This document shows positions 21,422-32,267 of a stretch of 64,000 nucleotides of DNA, in pieces. Below the pieces are notes generated by a model. The model was not told the DNA's origin and searched no databases. It saw only the letters and a program-made list of their open reading frames with translations. How positions within the stretch are numbered: position 1 is the first letter of the stretch; every line of letters starts with the position of its first letter. A program made the position numbers and the translations under genes. The stretch is from an uncultured Spirochaetia bacterium. GTDB lineage: Bacteria > Desulfobacterota_D > UBA1144 > Nemesobacterales > JADFKM01. Location: NCBI GenBank assembly GCA_964639895.1, contig CAZXEJ010000006.1, positions 29 through 64,028 on the forward strand, written 5' to 3'.

Positions 21422-22513
21422 ATGGCGATGCAGGAGAGGAAGAACGTCGTCGTAGCGATGAGCGGCGGCGTGGACAGCGCCACGACGGCCGCCCTGCTTA
21501 AGGATCGGGGCTGTGAGGTCATCGGGGTGACGATGCAGCTCTGGGACTACGGTTCCGGTGGTGGTGGGGGGTGCTGCGCCTTGGGGGACGTGCGCGATGC
21601 AAGGGCCGCGGCCCGTCGGATAGGGATAAGGCACTATGTGGTGAACTACATGGAGCCGTTCCGCAGGTTCGTGGTGGATGATTTCGTCCGCAGCTACGCC
21701 CGCGGCCTCACGCCCAACCCCTGCGTCCTGTGCAACCAGGTGATGAAGTTCGACCTTCTGCTGCGGCGCGCGCGGGCACTGGGAGCGGATCTTCTTGCCA
21801 CGGGCCACTACGCCCGCATCGTGAGGCACGAAGGGGACGGGCTGCTCTACATAGCCAAGGCCGCCGACCGGTCGAAGGACCAGTCGTACTTTCTGTTCGG
21901 CCTCGGTCAGGAGGAGCTCTCGCGTCTCGTGATGCCGCTCGGCGACTTCACGAAGGACGAGGTGCGCCGCATGGCCCGCCGGTACGGTCTTCCCGTGGCC
22001 GGAAAGAAGGAGAGCCAGGAGGTGTGTTTCGTGCAAGGGGGCGATTACAGGGGCTTTCTGGCCGAGCGCGGCGGTCTCGGACGGCGCGGCGGCCCTATCG
22101 TTGACATGGAGGGCCACGTTCTGGGGCGCCACGACGGTGTGCACGCCTTCACCGTGGGTCAGCGCCGCGGCCTTGGGCTGGGCGGCGGCGGCAGGAAGCT
22201 CTACGTGGTGAGGATAGATCCCGCTGCGGACACCGTGTACGTGGGCGAGGAGGAGGATCTGCTCGCACGCGGCCTCCTGGCGCGTGGGGTGCGCTGGAGC
22301 GGGGAGCCTCCCGCGGCGGGCACCGTGGTTGAGGCCAAGATACGCTACCGCCATCCCGGATGTCCAAGCGAGTTGAGGCCGCTCGGGGGAGGACGCGTCG
22401 AGGTTGTGTTCTCCACCCCTCAGCGGGCCGCGGCGCCGGGTCAGGCAGTGGTGTTCTACGGCGGCGATCGCGTTCTCGGCGGCGGATGGATAGAAGAGGT
22501 GTACGGCCGTTGA
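21422..22513 (+). CDS. mnmA: tRNA 2-thiouridine(34) synthase MnmA
   Basis: AMSGGVDS, TPNPCVLCN, ATGHYA, KDQSYFL, KKESQEVCF, TVGQRRGLG, APGQAVVFY. Confidence 0.98.
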   Translation: MAMQERKNVVVAMSGGVDSATTAALLKDRGCEVIGVTMQLWDYGSGGGGGCCALGDVRDARAAARRIGIRHYVVNYMEPFRRFVVDDFVRSYARGLTPNPCVLCNQVMKFDLLLRRARALGADLLATGHYARIVRHEGDGLLYIAKAADRSKDQSYFLFGLGQEELSRLVMPLGDFTKDEVRRMARRYGLPVAGKKESQEVCFVQGGDYRGFLAERGGLGRRGGPIVDMEGHVLGRHDGVHAFTVGQRRGLGLGGGGRKLYVVRIDPAADTVYVGEEEDLLARGLLARGVRWSGEPPAAGTVVEAKIRYRHPGCPSELRPLGGGRVEVVFSTPQRAAAPGQAVVFYGGDRVLGGGWIEEVYGR

Positions 22514-23790
22514 AGAGGGTATCGTTCGTAACGCTGGGTTGCAAGGTCAACCAGTATGACACCAATGCCATACGCAACGCCGTCGAGGGCGAGGGGTACG
22601 TCGTCGTACCTTTCCCCGAGGAGGCCGACGTATACGTGATCAATACCTGCACCGTCACCCACAGGGCCGATTCCGAGGCGCGACGGCTCGTAGGCCGGGC
22701 CGTGCGTGCAAACCCGCGGGCCGTGGTCATCGTGACCGGTTGCTACGCCCAGACGTCGGCCGCCGAGGTCGGGGAGCTGCCTGGTGTCGACTACGTTATA
22801 GGCAACGCCGACAGGGCACGCGTGGTGGATGTGATACGAAACGGCGTAAAGCGCGCCGAGCCCGAGGTCGCCGTCTCCGATGTGTTCGCCGAGCGCCGCT
22901 TCCAATCACCGCCTGTCGAGCGGTTTCCCGATAGGACGCGCGCGTTCCTGAAGGTCCAGGACGGTTGCAACTACCGCTGCACGTTCTGTATCATCCCCTT
23001 CGCACGCGGCCGCTCGCGCAGTCTGCCCGCCGAGGAGGTGGTGAGGCGGATCCACACGCTCCGTCGCTCGGGCTACCGCGAGGTCGTACTCACCGGGGTT
23101 CACCTGTCGAGCTACGGAAGGGACATAGGAACCGACCTCTACGGGCTGCTGGCGGCCGTGGAACGGGCCCGTCCGGGTGTGAGTGTGAGGCTGAGCTCGC
23201 TCGATCCCGCCGATATGGACCCGCGCGTGCTCGAACTGGTGGCCCGTTCGGAGGTGTTCCGCCCGAGTCTGCATATCGCGCTGCAGAGCGGAGACGGCAC
23301 CGTCCTCAGGCGCATGAGGCGCCGCTACGGCCCCGACCAGTTCCTGCGCTCGACCGACCTCGCACGCCGCCTCCTGCCCGAGGCGTCCATCGGGACGGAC
23401 GTGATCGTGGGTTTCCCGGGTGAGGGCGAGAAGGAGTTCGAGAACACCTACTCCCTGCTCGAGCGGTCAGCCGTCACATACTTCCACGTGTTCCCCTTCT
23501 CGAAGCGGCGCGGCACGCCGGCCGCAACGATGGACGGCCAGGTCGAGGGCCATGTCATAAAGGAGAGGTGCCGTGTGCTGAGGGAGCTCGGCGCCCGCAA
23601 GAAGAGGGAGTTCTATGGCCGCTTCGTGGGCCGTACGGTGCCCGTCCTGGTTGAGAGGCGAGGCCGCGGTACGGCGGCCAACTACATGCCCGTCGTGCTC
23701 GAGGGGGGTGCGACACCCTCGCCGGGAGAAGAGGTCGGTGTGCTGATAACGCGGGTCGGGGACGAGGCGGCCGTGGGCCTGGTTGTGTAG
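22510..23790 (+). CDS. mtaB: tRNA t6A37 methylthiotransferase MtaB
   Basis: TLGCKVNQYD, INTCTVT, RTRAFLKVQDGCNYRCTFCIIPFARG; TTG start overlaps the mnmA stop. Confidence 0.93.
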   Translation: MKRVSFVTLGCKVNQYDTNAIRNAVEGEGYVVVPFPEEADVYVINTCTVTHRADSEARRLVGRAVRANPRAVVIVTGCYAQTSAAEVGELPGVDYVIGNADRARVVDVIRNGVKRAEPEVAVSDVFAERRFQSPPVERFPDRTRAFLKVQDGCNYRCTFCIIPFARGRSRSLPAEEVVRRIHTLRRSGYREVVLTGVHLSSYGRDIGTDLYGLLAAVERARPGVSVRLSSLDPADMDPRVLELVARSEVFRPSLHIALQSGDGTVLRRMRRRYGPDQFLRSTDLARRLLPEASIGTDVIVGFPGEGEKEFENTYSLLERSAVTYFHVFPFSKRRGTPAATMDGQVEGHVIKERCRVLRELGARKKREFYGRFVGRTVPVLVERRGRGTAANYMPVVLEGGATPSPGEEVGVLITRVGDEAAVGLVV

Positions 23791-23819
23791 GGTCTTCTCG
23801 GCCGGGGCGAACAACAACC

Positions 23820-24842
23820 ATGGCCGTTTTAGATCGAGCACGCTTTTTCCTCTTGTCGCTGTGCGTCTCGGCGCTTCTGGTTGCCGCCGGGTCGGCGCCT
23901 GGGGCTTCTTCCCCGCGGCCTCCCCGGTCCCAAGTCGCTGCCCCGCCGCCGCTGCCCGCCGAGCCGGCCGAGGACGGCGTCATAAGGATATGGGCCCTCT
24001 CCGACATACAGCCTCGCACCGACTGGGAGAAGGCCCATTTCCTCGAGGCCGTAGACGACGTGAACCGTAACGTGCCCGGCATCGACCTCGCCGTCGTGGC
24101 GGGCGATCTGGTCAACCGCCCTTCGCGTGCACGCTACGAGTGGTATCTCGCCACGAGGGGCAGCTCGTACATCGAGCACTGGTACGAGATAGCCGGCAAC
24201 CACGACATCAAGTCAGACGACGGCGCCCTCTACAGGAAGCTCGTCCAAACCCGCATGCACTATTCGTTCGCCGTCGAGGGGCTGCTGTTCATCATGATGT
24301 CCGACGAAGTGCCCGGCGCTCCGACCGACATCTCCGACGAGACATTCCGGTGGTGGAAACGCTTGGTGGAGGAGAACCAGGACAAGATAATCGTGGTCGT
24401 AACTCATGCCCCCCTGGAGGGAAGCCGCATACCTCTTTCCCAGGTGGGACGGCGGCAGATCCGGGACTCCGAGCGGTTCCGCCGCGTACTCCGGAGCAAG
24501 CGGGTCGACCTCTGGCTGAACGGCCATAACCACGTCCCCCACTGGTTCCCCTACGATGTGAGCCGAGTAGACGAACTGGGCGGAACGGTGTTCGTAAACG
24601 TGAGCGCCATAAGGAAGGAGTTCATGAAGCACTCGGAGTCGCGCATCCTGGAGTTCAGGTGCGGAAGCGGCCAGGTGGTAATACGCTCTCGCGACCACAC
24701 GGAGGAGCGGTTCAACGACCGCCTTGAGCGGCGTTACGATTTGTCCAAGCCCCTGCGTTGCGACGGCACCGCTGAAAGAGACGGCCGTGCCGCCCAGGCC
24801 CGCACGGACGCCTACCGTAACGGGGGAACACCCTCTCGGTGA
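23820..24842 (+). CDS. Exported calcineurin-like metallophosphoesterase
   Basis: Signal peptide-like N-terminus; motifs SDIQ, AGDL, AGNHD, THAP, NGHNH. Confidence 0.85.
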   Translation: MAVLDRARFFLLSLCVSALLVAAGSAPGASSPRPPRSQVAAPPPLPAEPAEDGVIRIWALSDIQPRTDWEKAHFLEAVDDVNRNVPGIDLAVVAGDLVNRPSRARYEWYLATRGSSYIEHWYEIAGNHDIKSDDGALYRKLVQTRMHYSFAVEGLLFIMMSDEVPGAPTDISDETFRWWKRLVEENQDKIIVVVTHAPLEGSRIPLSQVGRRQIRDSERFRRVLRSKRVDLWLNGHNHVPHWFPYDVSRVDELGGTVFVNVSAIRKEFMKHSESRILEFRCGSGQVVIRSRDHTEERFNDRLERRYDLSKPLRCDGTAERDGRAAQARTDAYRNGGTPSR

Positions 24843-25939
24843 GCCTCCGTCCGGGCGCAGTTTCCCCGGGTAACCCCGTGTGTTGCCGCGGCTCGTGTGA
24901 GAACCGTAGAGAGGCGCGACCTTACCGCGTCACCCCTCAACCCACCCGGTCGCCGTTGGGAGTGCACAACCCCGGCCCGTCTCCGGGCGTGGTTCGCTAC
25001 GGATGAGGGGCTGGATGGGAAAGTTGGCTCCCACCCGTACCCCTGTCCCGCCGTTGGATGCATCCATGGCTGTGGTGCCGCCTGCCTGCACCCTGTGCGC
25101 ATCCCATGACGTGATGCCGTGGCGGAGTAGGAAGTAGCCTTGAGTGCCGATGGCCGAAGGGGCGACGGGGTACCGGGCGGGCTGGGACGGTTGAAGTGGA
25201 GACCGAGTCTCGGTGTTCCCATCGAGGCACGCGGGTGAGGGTCGCCGCGGCCGGGGATTCAGAGCCCCTTCATCCGCCCGTCCCGGTGGGTCGCGGATGC
25301 GATGCGGCGGTGTGTGCGGTGCCCCCCTACGGCGTCTCCGTCCACGCTGTGGTCTGGCTGGTGCGAGCGGCGGGAGGGCCTGGGCGGTTGTGTCGAATCG
25401 CCCGCGAGCCCCCCCGAGCCCTCTGCGGGACGCCACCTGCCAGGGGTTCGACGCCGTACCCGGAACCCCGTCACGCCCGGGCTTCAGCTACGTGCTTGCC
25501 GTCCGGGGCGTGCCCTCTCAACCGGTCTTCGGGGGGCCGTGAATGCGACTCCTACTCCGTCCCAGCCGGGGAAACACTGATGTCGCCGCACTCGGCACCG
25601 CCTGTGCTGCTTCCCAAACCCGCGTGACCACTGCAGCCCTGCCGCCGAGGCCGAATCGACGGGCGAAGCCTGTAGCTCAGTGCCATATGTTCCGGTCTCA
25701 GGCGGTGCGCACGCACACGCACACACAGGGGATGCATTCAATACGTCACCCCACAGCTGCACGCGCCCGTGCATAGCGCCCCACACGGAGGCGCGTGGTT
25801 GCACGCGCGGGGTACGTCCTGTGGTTGTCCATGATGCAACAGGTGTCGCACGGTGCTCCTCGGACGGGCTGGGTACCGCAGGAAGGGGTGGTCGATTCTT
25901 GTCCTCTTTCGGGCCCGGAAGGGGCCGGCGAGGGGGCGG

Positions 25940-27547
25940 TCAGACCACCTTTTTGCGACGGGTGAAGTAGTCTACGAGAAGGTACTTGCCCAACTGGCTC
26001 GGGGTGGTGAAGAAGGCCCTGCCCTTGTTTATGCGGGTCATCTCGTCGACGAACCTTCTCAGCGTGGGGCTGTCGTCCAGCATGAAGGTGTTTATGGTTA
26101 TGCCCTTGGCCGTGCAGCGCTTTATCTCCTTCAGGGTCTCGAACGTTGCCCTCGGGCTCAGGCCTCCGAAGAACATGGGCAGCTCCACCTGGAGGTAGCC
26201 GTCCACGTAGTAGGCCGTGGGCTGGCCGTCGGTGATGAGGATTATCTGCTTGTTAGGGGTGCGGTGGGGGGCGATCAGCTTCGTGGCCAGGTGGATCGCC
26301 TCCTGGATGTTTGTGAAGGGGTCGTTCGAATCCCAGCTCGTAAGCGATAGCTGCTGCGGGGTGAGCAGGCGCGCCCGTGTGGAGAAACCTATTATGTAGA
26401 AGTTGTCGCGGGGGTGACGCGTGCTGATGAGGTGTTCCATCGCAAGGGCCACCCGCTTTGCGGCGGGGAAGCGTCCCTGGAAGCTCATCGACCAGCTGAG
26501 ATCGAGCAGCAGGGCCGTAGTCGCCACGGTGTTGAACTCCGATTCGTAGACCTCGAAGTCCTCGGGGGCGAGCTCGATCCTTCCTTCCTTGGTGCCGCGT
26601 GCGAGCGATTTCTTGAGCGTCGAGACGACGTTCACGTTGAAGGGGTCGCCGAATTCGTATTGCTTCGTGCTGTGGGCCTTGATGGATCCCTCACCACGGT
26701 GGGGCGTCTCGTGGGTGCCGAACTTGTGCCTGTCGAGCGAAGAGAACACATCCCTTAGCGCCATCTCGCCTATCTTTCGGATGCCCTTGGGGGTGAGCTC
26801 GGTGTGCTGGCCGCGGCTCGTGATGTAGCCCGCGGATTCCAGGCGCGAGCGAAAGTCGCGCAGCAGCAGGAACGACTCGTATGCCGCCTCGCCCAACAGC
26901 TCGCCCAGCTCCTCGGAGGTGATCTCGCTCAACTGTCCCGTGCGCAGGTTGTGCTCGAGTCGCTCCAAGCGCTCGAACTCGTCCAATATGTCGAGGGCCT
27001 GCTCCAGCGTGAGCGGTTCCTTGCCGGTGTTCCGGTCGCCGTAGCGGTTGAGGAACTTCTCGAGCCTCTTTATCCCTTCGAGCAGTCCGCGCAGCTCGTC
27101 GAACCTGCGTGCGGCCTCTTCGTCCATGAAGTCGTAGTCCGACAGGGCCGAGACGGCGGAACTCAGCCGCCGGGGCAGGTTCTCGAGCGTTCCCTTGCGG
27201 CGCTCGTACTCCTCGGGGTCCTCGTCGGCGAGGGCGGACTCGATGTGTTCTTTCTCGAGCTCCACGATACGCTCGAGCTGCTCGCGCAGCTCCGCCAGCG
27301 GCGAGCCGAAGTCCCAGCGGCGCAGTTGCTCGTCTCTGTATCGGGCGATCTCGGAGCGCAGGTCCTCGATCCCCATTACCCGGAACCCCTTTCCCGAGAC
27401 GCCCTGCTTCAAAATCCAGTCGATGGCCTCGTCCGGAGTCCAGCCTTCCATGAGGAAGTTCGACAGCTCCTTGAACAGCTCCTCGGTCTCGAGTCGGAAC
27501 TCGTCCTGGGTGCCGTCCCACTTTAGATAGCGGTATCTTACGCTCAC
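25940..27547 (-). CDS. VWA (von Willebrand A) domain protein
   Basis: C-terminal MIDAS elements DLSWS, TN, ITDG; long helical N-terminus starting YRYLKWDGTQ; overlaps the upstream AAA gene stop. Confidence 0.9.
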   Translation of the reverse strand: MSVRYRYLKWDGTQDEFRLETEELFKELSNFLMEGWTPDEAIDWILKQGVSGKGFRVMGIEDLRSEIARYRDEQLRRWDFGSPLAELREQLERIVELEKEHIESALADEDPEEYERRKGTLENLPRRLSSAVSALSDYDFMDEEAARRFDELRGLLEGIKRLEKFLNRYGDRNTGKEPLTLEQALDILDEFERLERLEHNLRTGQLSEITSEELGELLGEAAYESFLLLRDFRSRLESAGYITSRGQHTELTPKGIRKIGEMALRDVFSSLDRHKFGTHETPHRGEGSIKAHSTKQYEFGDPFNVNVVSTLKKSLARGTKEGRIELAPEDFEVYESEFNTVATTALLLDLSWSMSFQGRFPAAKRVALAMEHLISTRHPRDNFYIIGFSTRARLLTPQQLSLTSWDSNDPFTNIQEAIHLATKLIAPHRTPNKQIILITDGQPTAYYVDGYLQVELPMFFGGLSPRATFETLKEIKRCTAKGITINTFMLDDSPTLRRFVDEMTRINKGRAFFTTPSQLGKYLLVDYFTRRKKVV

Positions 27548-28941
27548 TTGTACACTATCTTCCCCTGTATGGTTTCCTTGTTGAGCTTGTTGCTAAGGTG
27601 GAGCCCTTCGAAGATGAACTCTATGGCCGAGGCTATCTGCGAGGGGGTGCGCTCGATGTTGAGCCTGTCGAGGCACTTGCCCAGCCCCTTTATGACCTTG
27701 ACCCCCTCGAGGTAGTCTGAGGACGGCATCGTGTCCGACACCTCGACGTAGCCCTTGTCGAAGTTCTCCGTGATCACGTCGAGCTCCTCGGGTTCGGGAA
27801 AATAGGAGTCGAACACGGTCTTTACGGCCTTCTTGATCAGGTTCTCGACGACCGTCTCCTCGTTGGTGTCGTCGCCCAGGTACTCGAGCTCGATCTTGCC
27901 CGACGTGGACGACATCACGGCCGGCAGGTCGGTGATCCTCGGTGCCACTTCCTTCTCGCCCAGCACGATGGCCCGCTTCTCGGCCTTGGCCACGAGGCTC
28001 TCGTAGTTTGCGATCGACGTCCTCACGCTGACGCCGGAGCGCTGGTTTATCTCGCTCGAGGCCCTGGCCTGGAATGTGATTTCGGCCAATATGTCGTACA
28101 TGAACTGTGGGACCTTCACGACGTAGCCGTCGGTCGCCATGCGGCGGGCTTCCTGCTTCATGATGCTGGTCTCGACCTCTCGCGTGACCGGATAGTGGGT
28201 GCGCAGGTGGGCCTGGAAGCGGTCCTTGAGCGGGGTGATGATGCGGCCGCGGTTGGTGTAGTCTTCGGGGTTGGCCGTGGCCACGATGCAAAGGTCCAGC
28301 GGGAGCCTTATCTTGTAGCCCTTTATCTGTACGTCTTTCTCCTCCATGATATTGAAAAGTCCCACTTGGACCTTCTCGGCCAGGTCGGGAAGCTCGTTTA
28401 TGGCGAAGATGCCCCTGTTGCTCCGCGGTATGAGGCCGTAGTGTATGGTGAGCTCGTCCGAAAGGTAGCGGCCCTCGGCCACTCGTATCGGGTCGACCTC
28501 GCCTATGAGGTCCGCTATGGAGACGTCCGGCGTGGCCAGCTTCTCGCTGTAGCGTTGCTCGCGGCCTATCCACTCGATGGGGGTCTCGTCGCCGTACTCG
28601 GCCACCATCTTCCTGCCGTACTTGGACACCGGGTTGAAGGGGTTGTCGTTGAGTTCCGAGCCCTTGATCACGGGGATGGCCTCGTCGAGGAGCCGTATGA
28701 GGGAGCGGATTATCTTGGTCTTGCCCTGGCCGCGCTCACCCAGAAATATCATGTCGTGGCCGGCGAGAATGGCGGTCTCGAGCCGGGGTATCACGGTATC
28801 GTCGTAACCAAGTATGTCTTCGAAAAGGGGCTCGCCAGCGCGCATCTTGGCTATCAGGTTCTTTCGCAACTCCTCCTTGACGGTGAGGGGCCGGTACTCG
28901 ATGGCCCTCAGTTCTCCGAGCGTGCGTGGCAATTCGTTCAT
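27544..28941 (-). CDS. AAA+ ATPase, Mg-chelatase/MoxR-related
   Basis: Walker A GERGQGKT, variant Walker B FAINELPDL, ATANPEDYTNRGRIITPLKDRF. Confidence 0.9.
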   Translation of the reverse strand: MNELPRTLGELRAIEYRPLTVKEELRKNLIAKMRAGEPLFEDILGYDDTVIPRLETAILAGHDMIFLGERGQGKTKIIRSLIRLLDEAIPVIKGSELNDNPFNPVSKYGRKMVAEYGDETPIEWIGREQRYSEKLATPDVSIADLIGEVDPIRVAEGRYLSDELTIHYGLIPRSNRGIFAINELPDLAEKVQVGLFNIMEEKDVQIKGYKIRLPLDLCIVATANPEDYTNRGRIITPLKDRFQAHLRTHYPVTREVETSIMKQEARRMATDGYVVKVPQFMYDILAEITFQARASSEINQRSGVSVRTSIANYESLVAKAEKRAIVLGEKEVAPRITDLPAVMSSTSGKIELEYLGDDTNEETVVENLIKKAVKTVFDSYFPEPEELDVITENFDKGYVEVSDTMPSSDYLEGVKVIKGLGKCLDRLNIERTPSQIASAIEFIFEGLHLSNKLNKETIQGKIVYK

Positions 28942-29140
28942 CAGGATCCCACCCTCCCTGGCATAGGGGTTTTGGCGCCGCATGCCGTTTTTAAAGGAGC
29001 TCGTGGACTTTCAGGCCTCGGCGACCGGGGTGAGGAGCGCGTCAGAGCGAGTGTGCGGGCGGAGTGAGGTTCGGCTCCGTAGCGGCGGATTCCTCGCCTT
29101 GGTTCCTGCGTCCCTGAGGAGAGCACGAGATATATTACTT

Positions 29141-29169
29141 ATTATACAAACATTGAACCCCGTTTTAAA
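29141..29169 (-). promoter_or_regulatory. Putative sigma70 promoter of the AAA-VWA operon
   Basis: Minus strand reads TTTAAA-17 nt-TATAAT in an AT-rich patch about 200 nt upstream of the AAA start. Confidence 0.55.
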
Positions 29170-29894
29170 CACGAATATGTCGCAGTGGTGCTCCCGTCTC
29201 GGGATACGCCGAGCGGCGGGGTGGGAGACGCCCGTCCCAGTGGGGTGTTGCGCCCCTCGAGGTGGGACGGCGTGCCGTGGGTACGGAGGGTGGAAGACTG
29301 TCGCTCGGCGGGGTCGGCGGTAGGCCCACGAGGGGGCCTGGATATCGGCAAGGTGTGAAGCGCTCGGCGATGCGATGTAGTGCGGCGAGTCCTCCTCACA
29401 CTCGGCCGGCCGCTTCGGAGGCGGGGCTGGGCGAAGGGAGCGTGGACGAAGCCACTCGTGTGTGTCCCTTGTATGCGCCCGGTGATGGGACACGGAGCGC
29501 CGATACACTGTAGGCGTGACGGTGATAGGTGTGGTGGAGAATAGACGAACTTTCTCTCGGACGAGAGGCGCGTGCGCGGAAGTAGTGGATACATTCGGTG
29601 GGGAGAGGCCGGCCTCTGTGGGGCGGAGTTGGAAGATTTCTGAGCCGCGACGCGCTGGGATGCTCAAGCCCTTTGGTGCCCATTGATGCGCGGCAGGATC
29701 CGCCGTGCCCCCGGCCTTCGGCTTGTGTGGCTCACCGATTGGGGATGCAGCCCGCGGAGGGATGCGGTGGTCTCCGGGCCGAAGAGGTATCCGCTCGGCA
29801 TTGACACCCGTTCTTCGTTGGATCGTCGGTGGTCAGGCGGGTGGAGGCGGCGGCACGAGTGCCGGCGGGATGGTGTGTGGGACGTAAGGGCACC

Positions 29895-30425
29895 CTAAGC
29901 GTCGTAGCGCTCCAATTCCTGCTCGAGGCGTGCGGCGTAGAGGGCGTCTTCGTCGGCCTCACTCTGGCGGGAGGTTGCTCCGGGGGCCGCTTCCTCCGTA
30001 TCGCTCATCCCGTTGCGGTTCTTCCTTACGATCAGTCCCACGGCGACGCCTCCCGCCACGATGGCCGCTCCCGGCAGCAGCCACAGCAGCAGGTTCTTCC
30101 CGCGCGGCGGGGGGGCCCCGAGGATGGAATCGCCGTACCTGTCGACGAAGTAGGCTATGATCTCCTCCTTCGACTCGCCCTCGGTGAGCTTGCGCCGTAT
30201 TATCTCCCTCATCTCAACCGCAAGCTCGGAATTGGATTCGGCCACCGACTGCCCCCTGCAGACGGGACACATGAGTTCGTCGGCTATCTCCATTACTCTG
30301 TCTTCGAGCGACAGCCGGGGCGGCTCGGCCAGCGAAGGAGCGGTCGCCGTCTGTAGGACCATCCATAGGGCCGTTGCAGCTGCAACGACGCAACACGCTC
30401 GCCGGATCATGCGGCCAGGCGTCAT
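29895..30425 (-). CDS. ccmH: Cytochrome c biogenesis protein CcmH (N-terminal redox type)
   Basis: LMCPVCRGQSVAESNS, YFVDRYG, followed by a TM helix; coupled to the upstream thioredoxin. Confidence 0.88.
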   Translation of the reverse strand: MTPGRMIRRACCVVAAATALWMVLQTATAPSLAEPPRLSLEDRVMEIADELMCPVCRGQSVAESNSELAVEMREIIRRKLTEGESKEEIIAYFVDRYGDSILGAPPPRGKNLLLWLLPGAAIVAGGVAVGLIVRKNRNGMSDTEEAAPGATSRQSEADEDALYAARLEQELERYDA

Positions 30426-30979
30426 CGGGCACCACCTCCTTGGGCCTCCTCGGGACTGGACGAGGAATCGAGCGCACGGCTCATGTAGGCATCGATCAAC
30501 TCCTCTGTTAGGGGGCCTGAGTACTTGTCCACTATCCTTCCCTTGGCGTCGATGAAAAACGTCTCCGGCACCCCAGCGACACCGTAGTCGACTGCGATCC
30601 TTCCCTTGGGGTCGGAGCCGCTCGGATAGGAGCCGCCGTAGCGGCCCAGGAACCGTCTTGCATTCTCGGGGTCGTCCCAAATGTTGGCCCCGATGAATAT
30701 GGCCCCCCGTTCGCGGTAGCGCTGCCACGCCCTCTCGATGGCCCTTGCCTCGGAGCGACACGGCTCGCACCACGACGCCCAGAAATTCAGCAGGACGGCC
30801 TTGCCGCGTAGATCCGTGGACTTGAGCGTCCCGCCCTCGAACAGCCGGAGCTCGAACGGCGGAGCCTTCCTTCCGACAAGGGGTGAGCGTCCGGTGCCGT
30901 CGGTGGGGCGTCGGAAGAGTCCCACGGCAAGGAGCACGATGAGTCCCACTAGGAGGAGAAATACGAGGGCTCTTCCCAT
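30422..30979 (-). CDS. TlpA/CcmG-type membrane-anchored thioredoxin
   Basis: N-terminal TM helix, LNFWASWCEPC, YGVAGVPETFFID. Confidence 0.9.
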   Translation of the reverse strand: MGRALVFLLLVGLIVLLAVGLFRRPTDGTGRSPLVGRKAPPFELRLFEGGTLKSTDLRGKAVLLNFWASWCEPCRSEARAIERAWQRYRERGAIFIGANIWDDPENARRFLGRYGGSYPSGSDPKGRIAVDYGVAGVPETFFIDAKGRIVDKYSGPLTEELIDAYMSRALDSSSSPEEAQGGGAR

Positions 30980-31172
30980 ATCCTGGATTACCGCCGTCCT
31001 CGGGGTGGACTCGGCCGCAGCCGGCCCAAGCAATATTATACCCAACCCCTCCTCCTTGCTGAGGTGGCGTGAGCGGGGGCTGTCCCGGGAGGGGTGTGAT
31101 ATGTGAGAGGTCGATGGGGACGCCGTCCACGCCTCGGTGGGATCAGGCCTGCTTCCTACTCGGCCCTCGGCT

Positions 31173-32117
31173 TCAAAGCAACCGTGGGGAGACGGGGTAT
31201 TCGAACAGCTCGGCCAGTCCCTCCGGGTCAAGCACACCGATCTCACAGACGAGGCCGCTCAGGAGATCGAGGGGTGTTGAGTCGAAGTAGACGTTTAACA
31301 CCTTGACCCCCGCGACCTCCTCCTCAAGTACTTCGCGCCTATCGTGCTCCAAGACGCGGTGTAAGTGTTCGAGGCGCGGGCTTAGCAACTTCTCGGTGCC
31401 CGCGGCACAGTAGAAGGGTACACCGAAGTGGAGGGCCGCCACGGCCAGCCCCAGCGTGCCGATCTTGTTTATCACGCTCTGCCGCGTCACGCAGTCGGCG
31501 CCCACGAGGCACAGATCGACGGCGCGACGTTGCAGGATGTCGAACATCAAGCTGTCCACCACATACGTAACCTTAGCCCCGCATGCGGCCGCTCTCTTGA
31601 GTACCGTCCTGCCCTCGCATCCGGGCCTGGATTCGGTGCATACGACCGACACATCCCTGCCGAGGCCTACGGCCTCTTCGATGGCGGCAATGACGGTCGA
31701 GCTGTAGGAATGGGTGAGCACGGCAACAGACGCCCCACCAACCGACTCCAGTAGTCGGCAGCAGTGGGCAATGGTGGCCTGCGCGTTCTCCTCCAGCCGC
31801 GTGCCGAAACCGAGTGCGGCCCTCTCTGCGGCCTCGGCCGCCGCGGCGGCCGAGGCTCCCGATCGGACGACCTCTTCGGCCGCGGCCAGCACCGAGTTGG
31901 CGAGGTTGATTATGGGTGCCATCGAAGGCTGCGCACCGATGAGCTCGCGACATGCCCGGCCCAGACGGCACAGGACCTCGTCGGCTGTATGAGCGACGAG
32001 GCCTCGTCCCAAGGCGGCCAAGGCGCGTGCGGCCGAAGAGGCCAGTTCGGCCGCGCCTGAAGAGGTGTCCCCTTTTATGGCGGCCAAGGCTTGGTTAAAC
32101 TGATCGATGTGTTCCAT
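31173..32117 (-). CDS. eIF-2B alpha/beta/delta-like protein (COG1184-type sugar-phosphate isomerase fold)
   Basis: DTSSGAAEL, AQPSMAP, LTHSYSSTV, TESRPGCEG, LVGAD, INKIGT, NVYFDSTP. Confidence 0.88.
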   Translation of the reverse strand: MEHIDQFNQALAAIKGDTSSGAAELASSAARALAALGRGLVAHTADEVLCRLGRACRELIGAQPSMAPIINLANSVLAAAEEVVRSGASAAAAAEAAERAALGFGTRLEENAQATIAHCCRLLESVGGASVAVLTHSYSSTVIAAIEEAVGLGRDVSVVCTESRPGCEGRTVLKRAAACGAKVTYVVDSLMFDILQRRAVDLCLVGADCVTRQSVINKIGTLGLAVAALHFGVPFYCAAGTEKLLSPRLEHLHRVLEHDRREVLEEEVAGVKVLNVYFDSTPLDLLSGLVCEIGVLDPEGLAELFEYPVSPRLL

Positions 32118-32267
32118 TGCGGCGTCGGCCCCCCTCCTGGTAACACTAAATTATCCCAGAAAGGGGGCGTTGTCAGCCCCAACGTCTACGGCCGGCCGAG
32201 CTCGCGGTGGAGCGTAGCGGGCTGAACTCATCGGGGGCGGTGTGGCGTCTCTTAATGGTGATGAGGT

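Noticed and set aside
25775-25804. CRISPR I-C-repeat-like motif AGCGCCCCACACGGAGGCGCGTGGTTGCAC, with a similar one at 54670-54700
   Set aside because: Isolated single copies that diverge from each other, with no regular spacing and no cas genes; consistent with chance GC hairpins.
25275-29244. 15/16-bp direct repeat CGCCCGTCCCRGTGGG (25275-25290 and 29229-29244) flanking the AAA-VWA operon
   Set aside because: Short and very GC-rich, so expected by chance among the spacers; a partial third copy occurs near 62571; no integrase or tRNA is associated.
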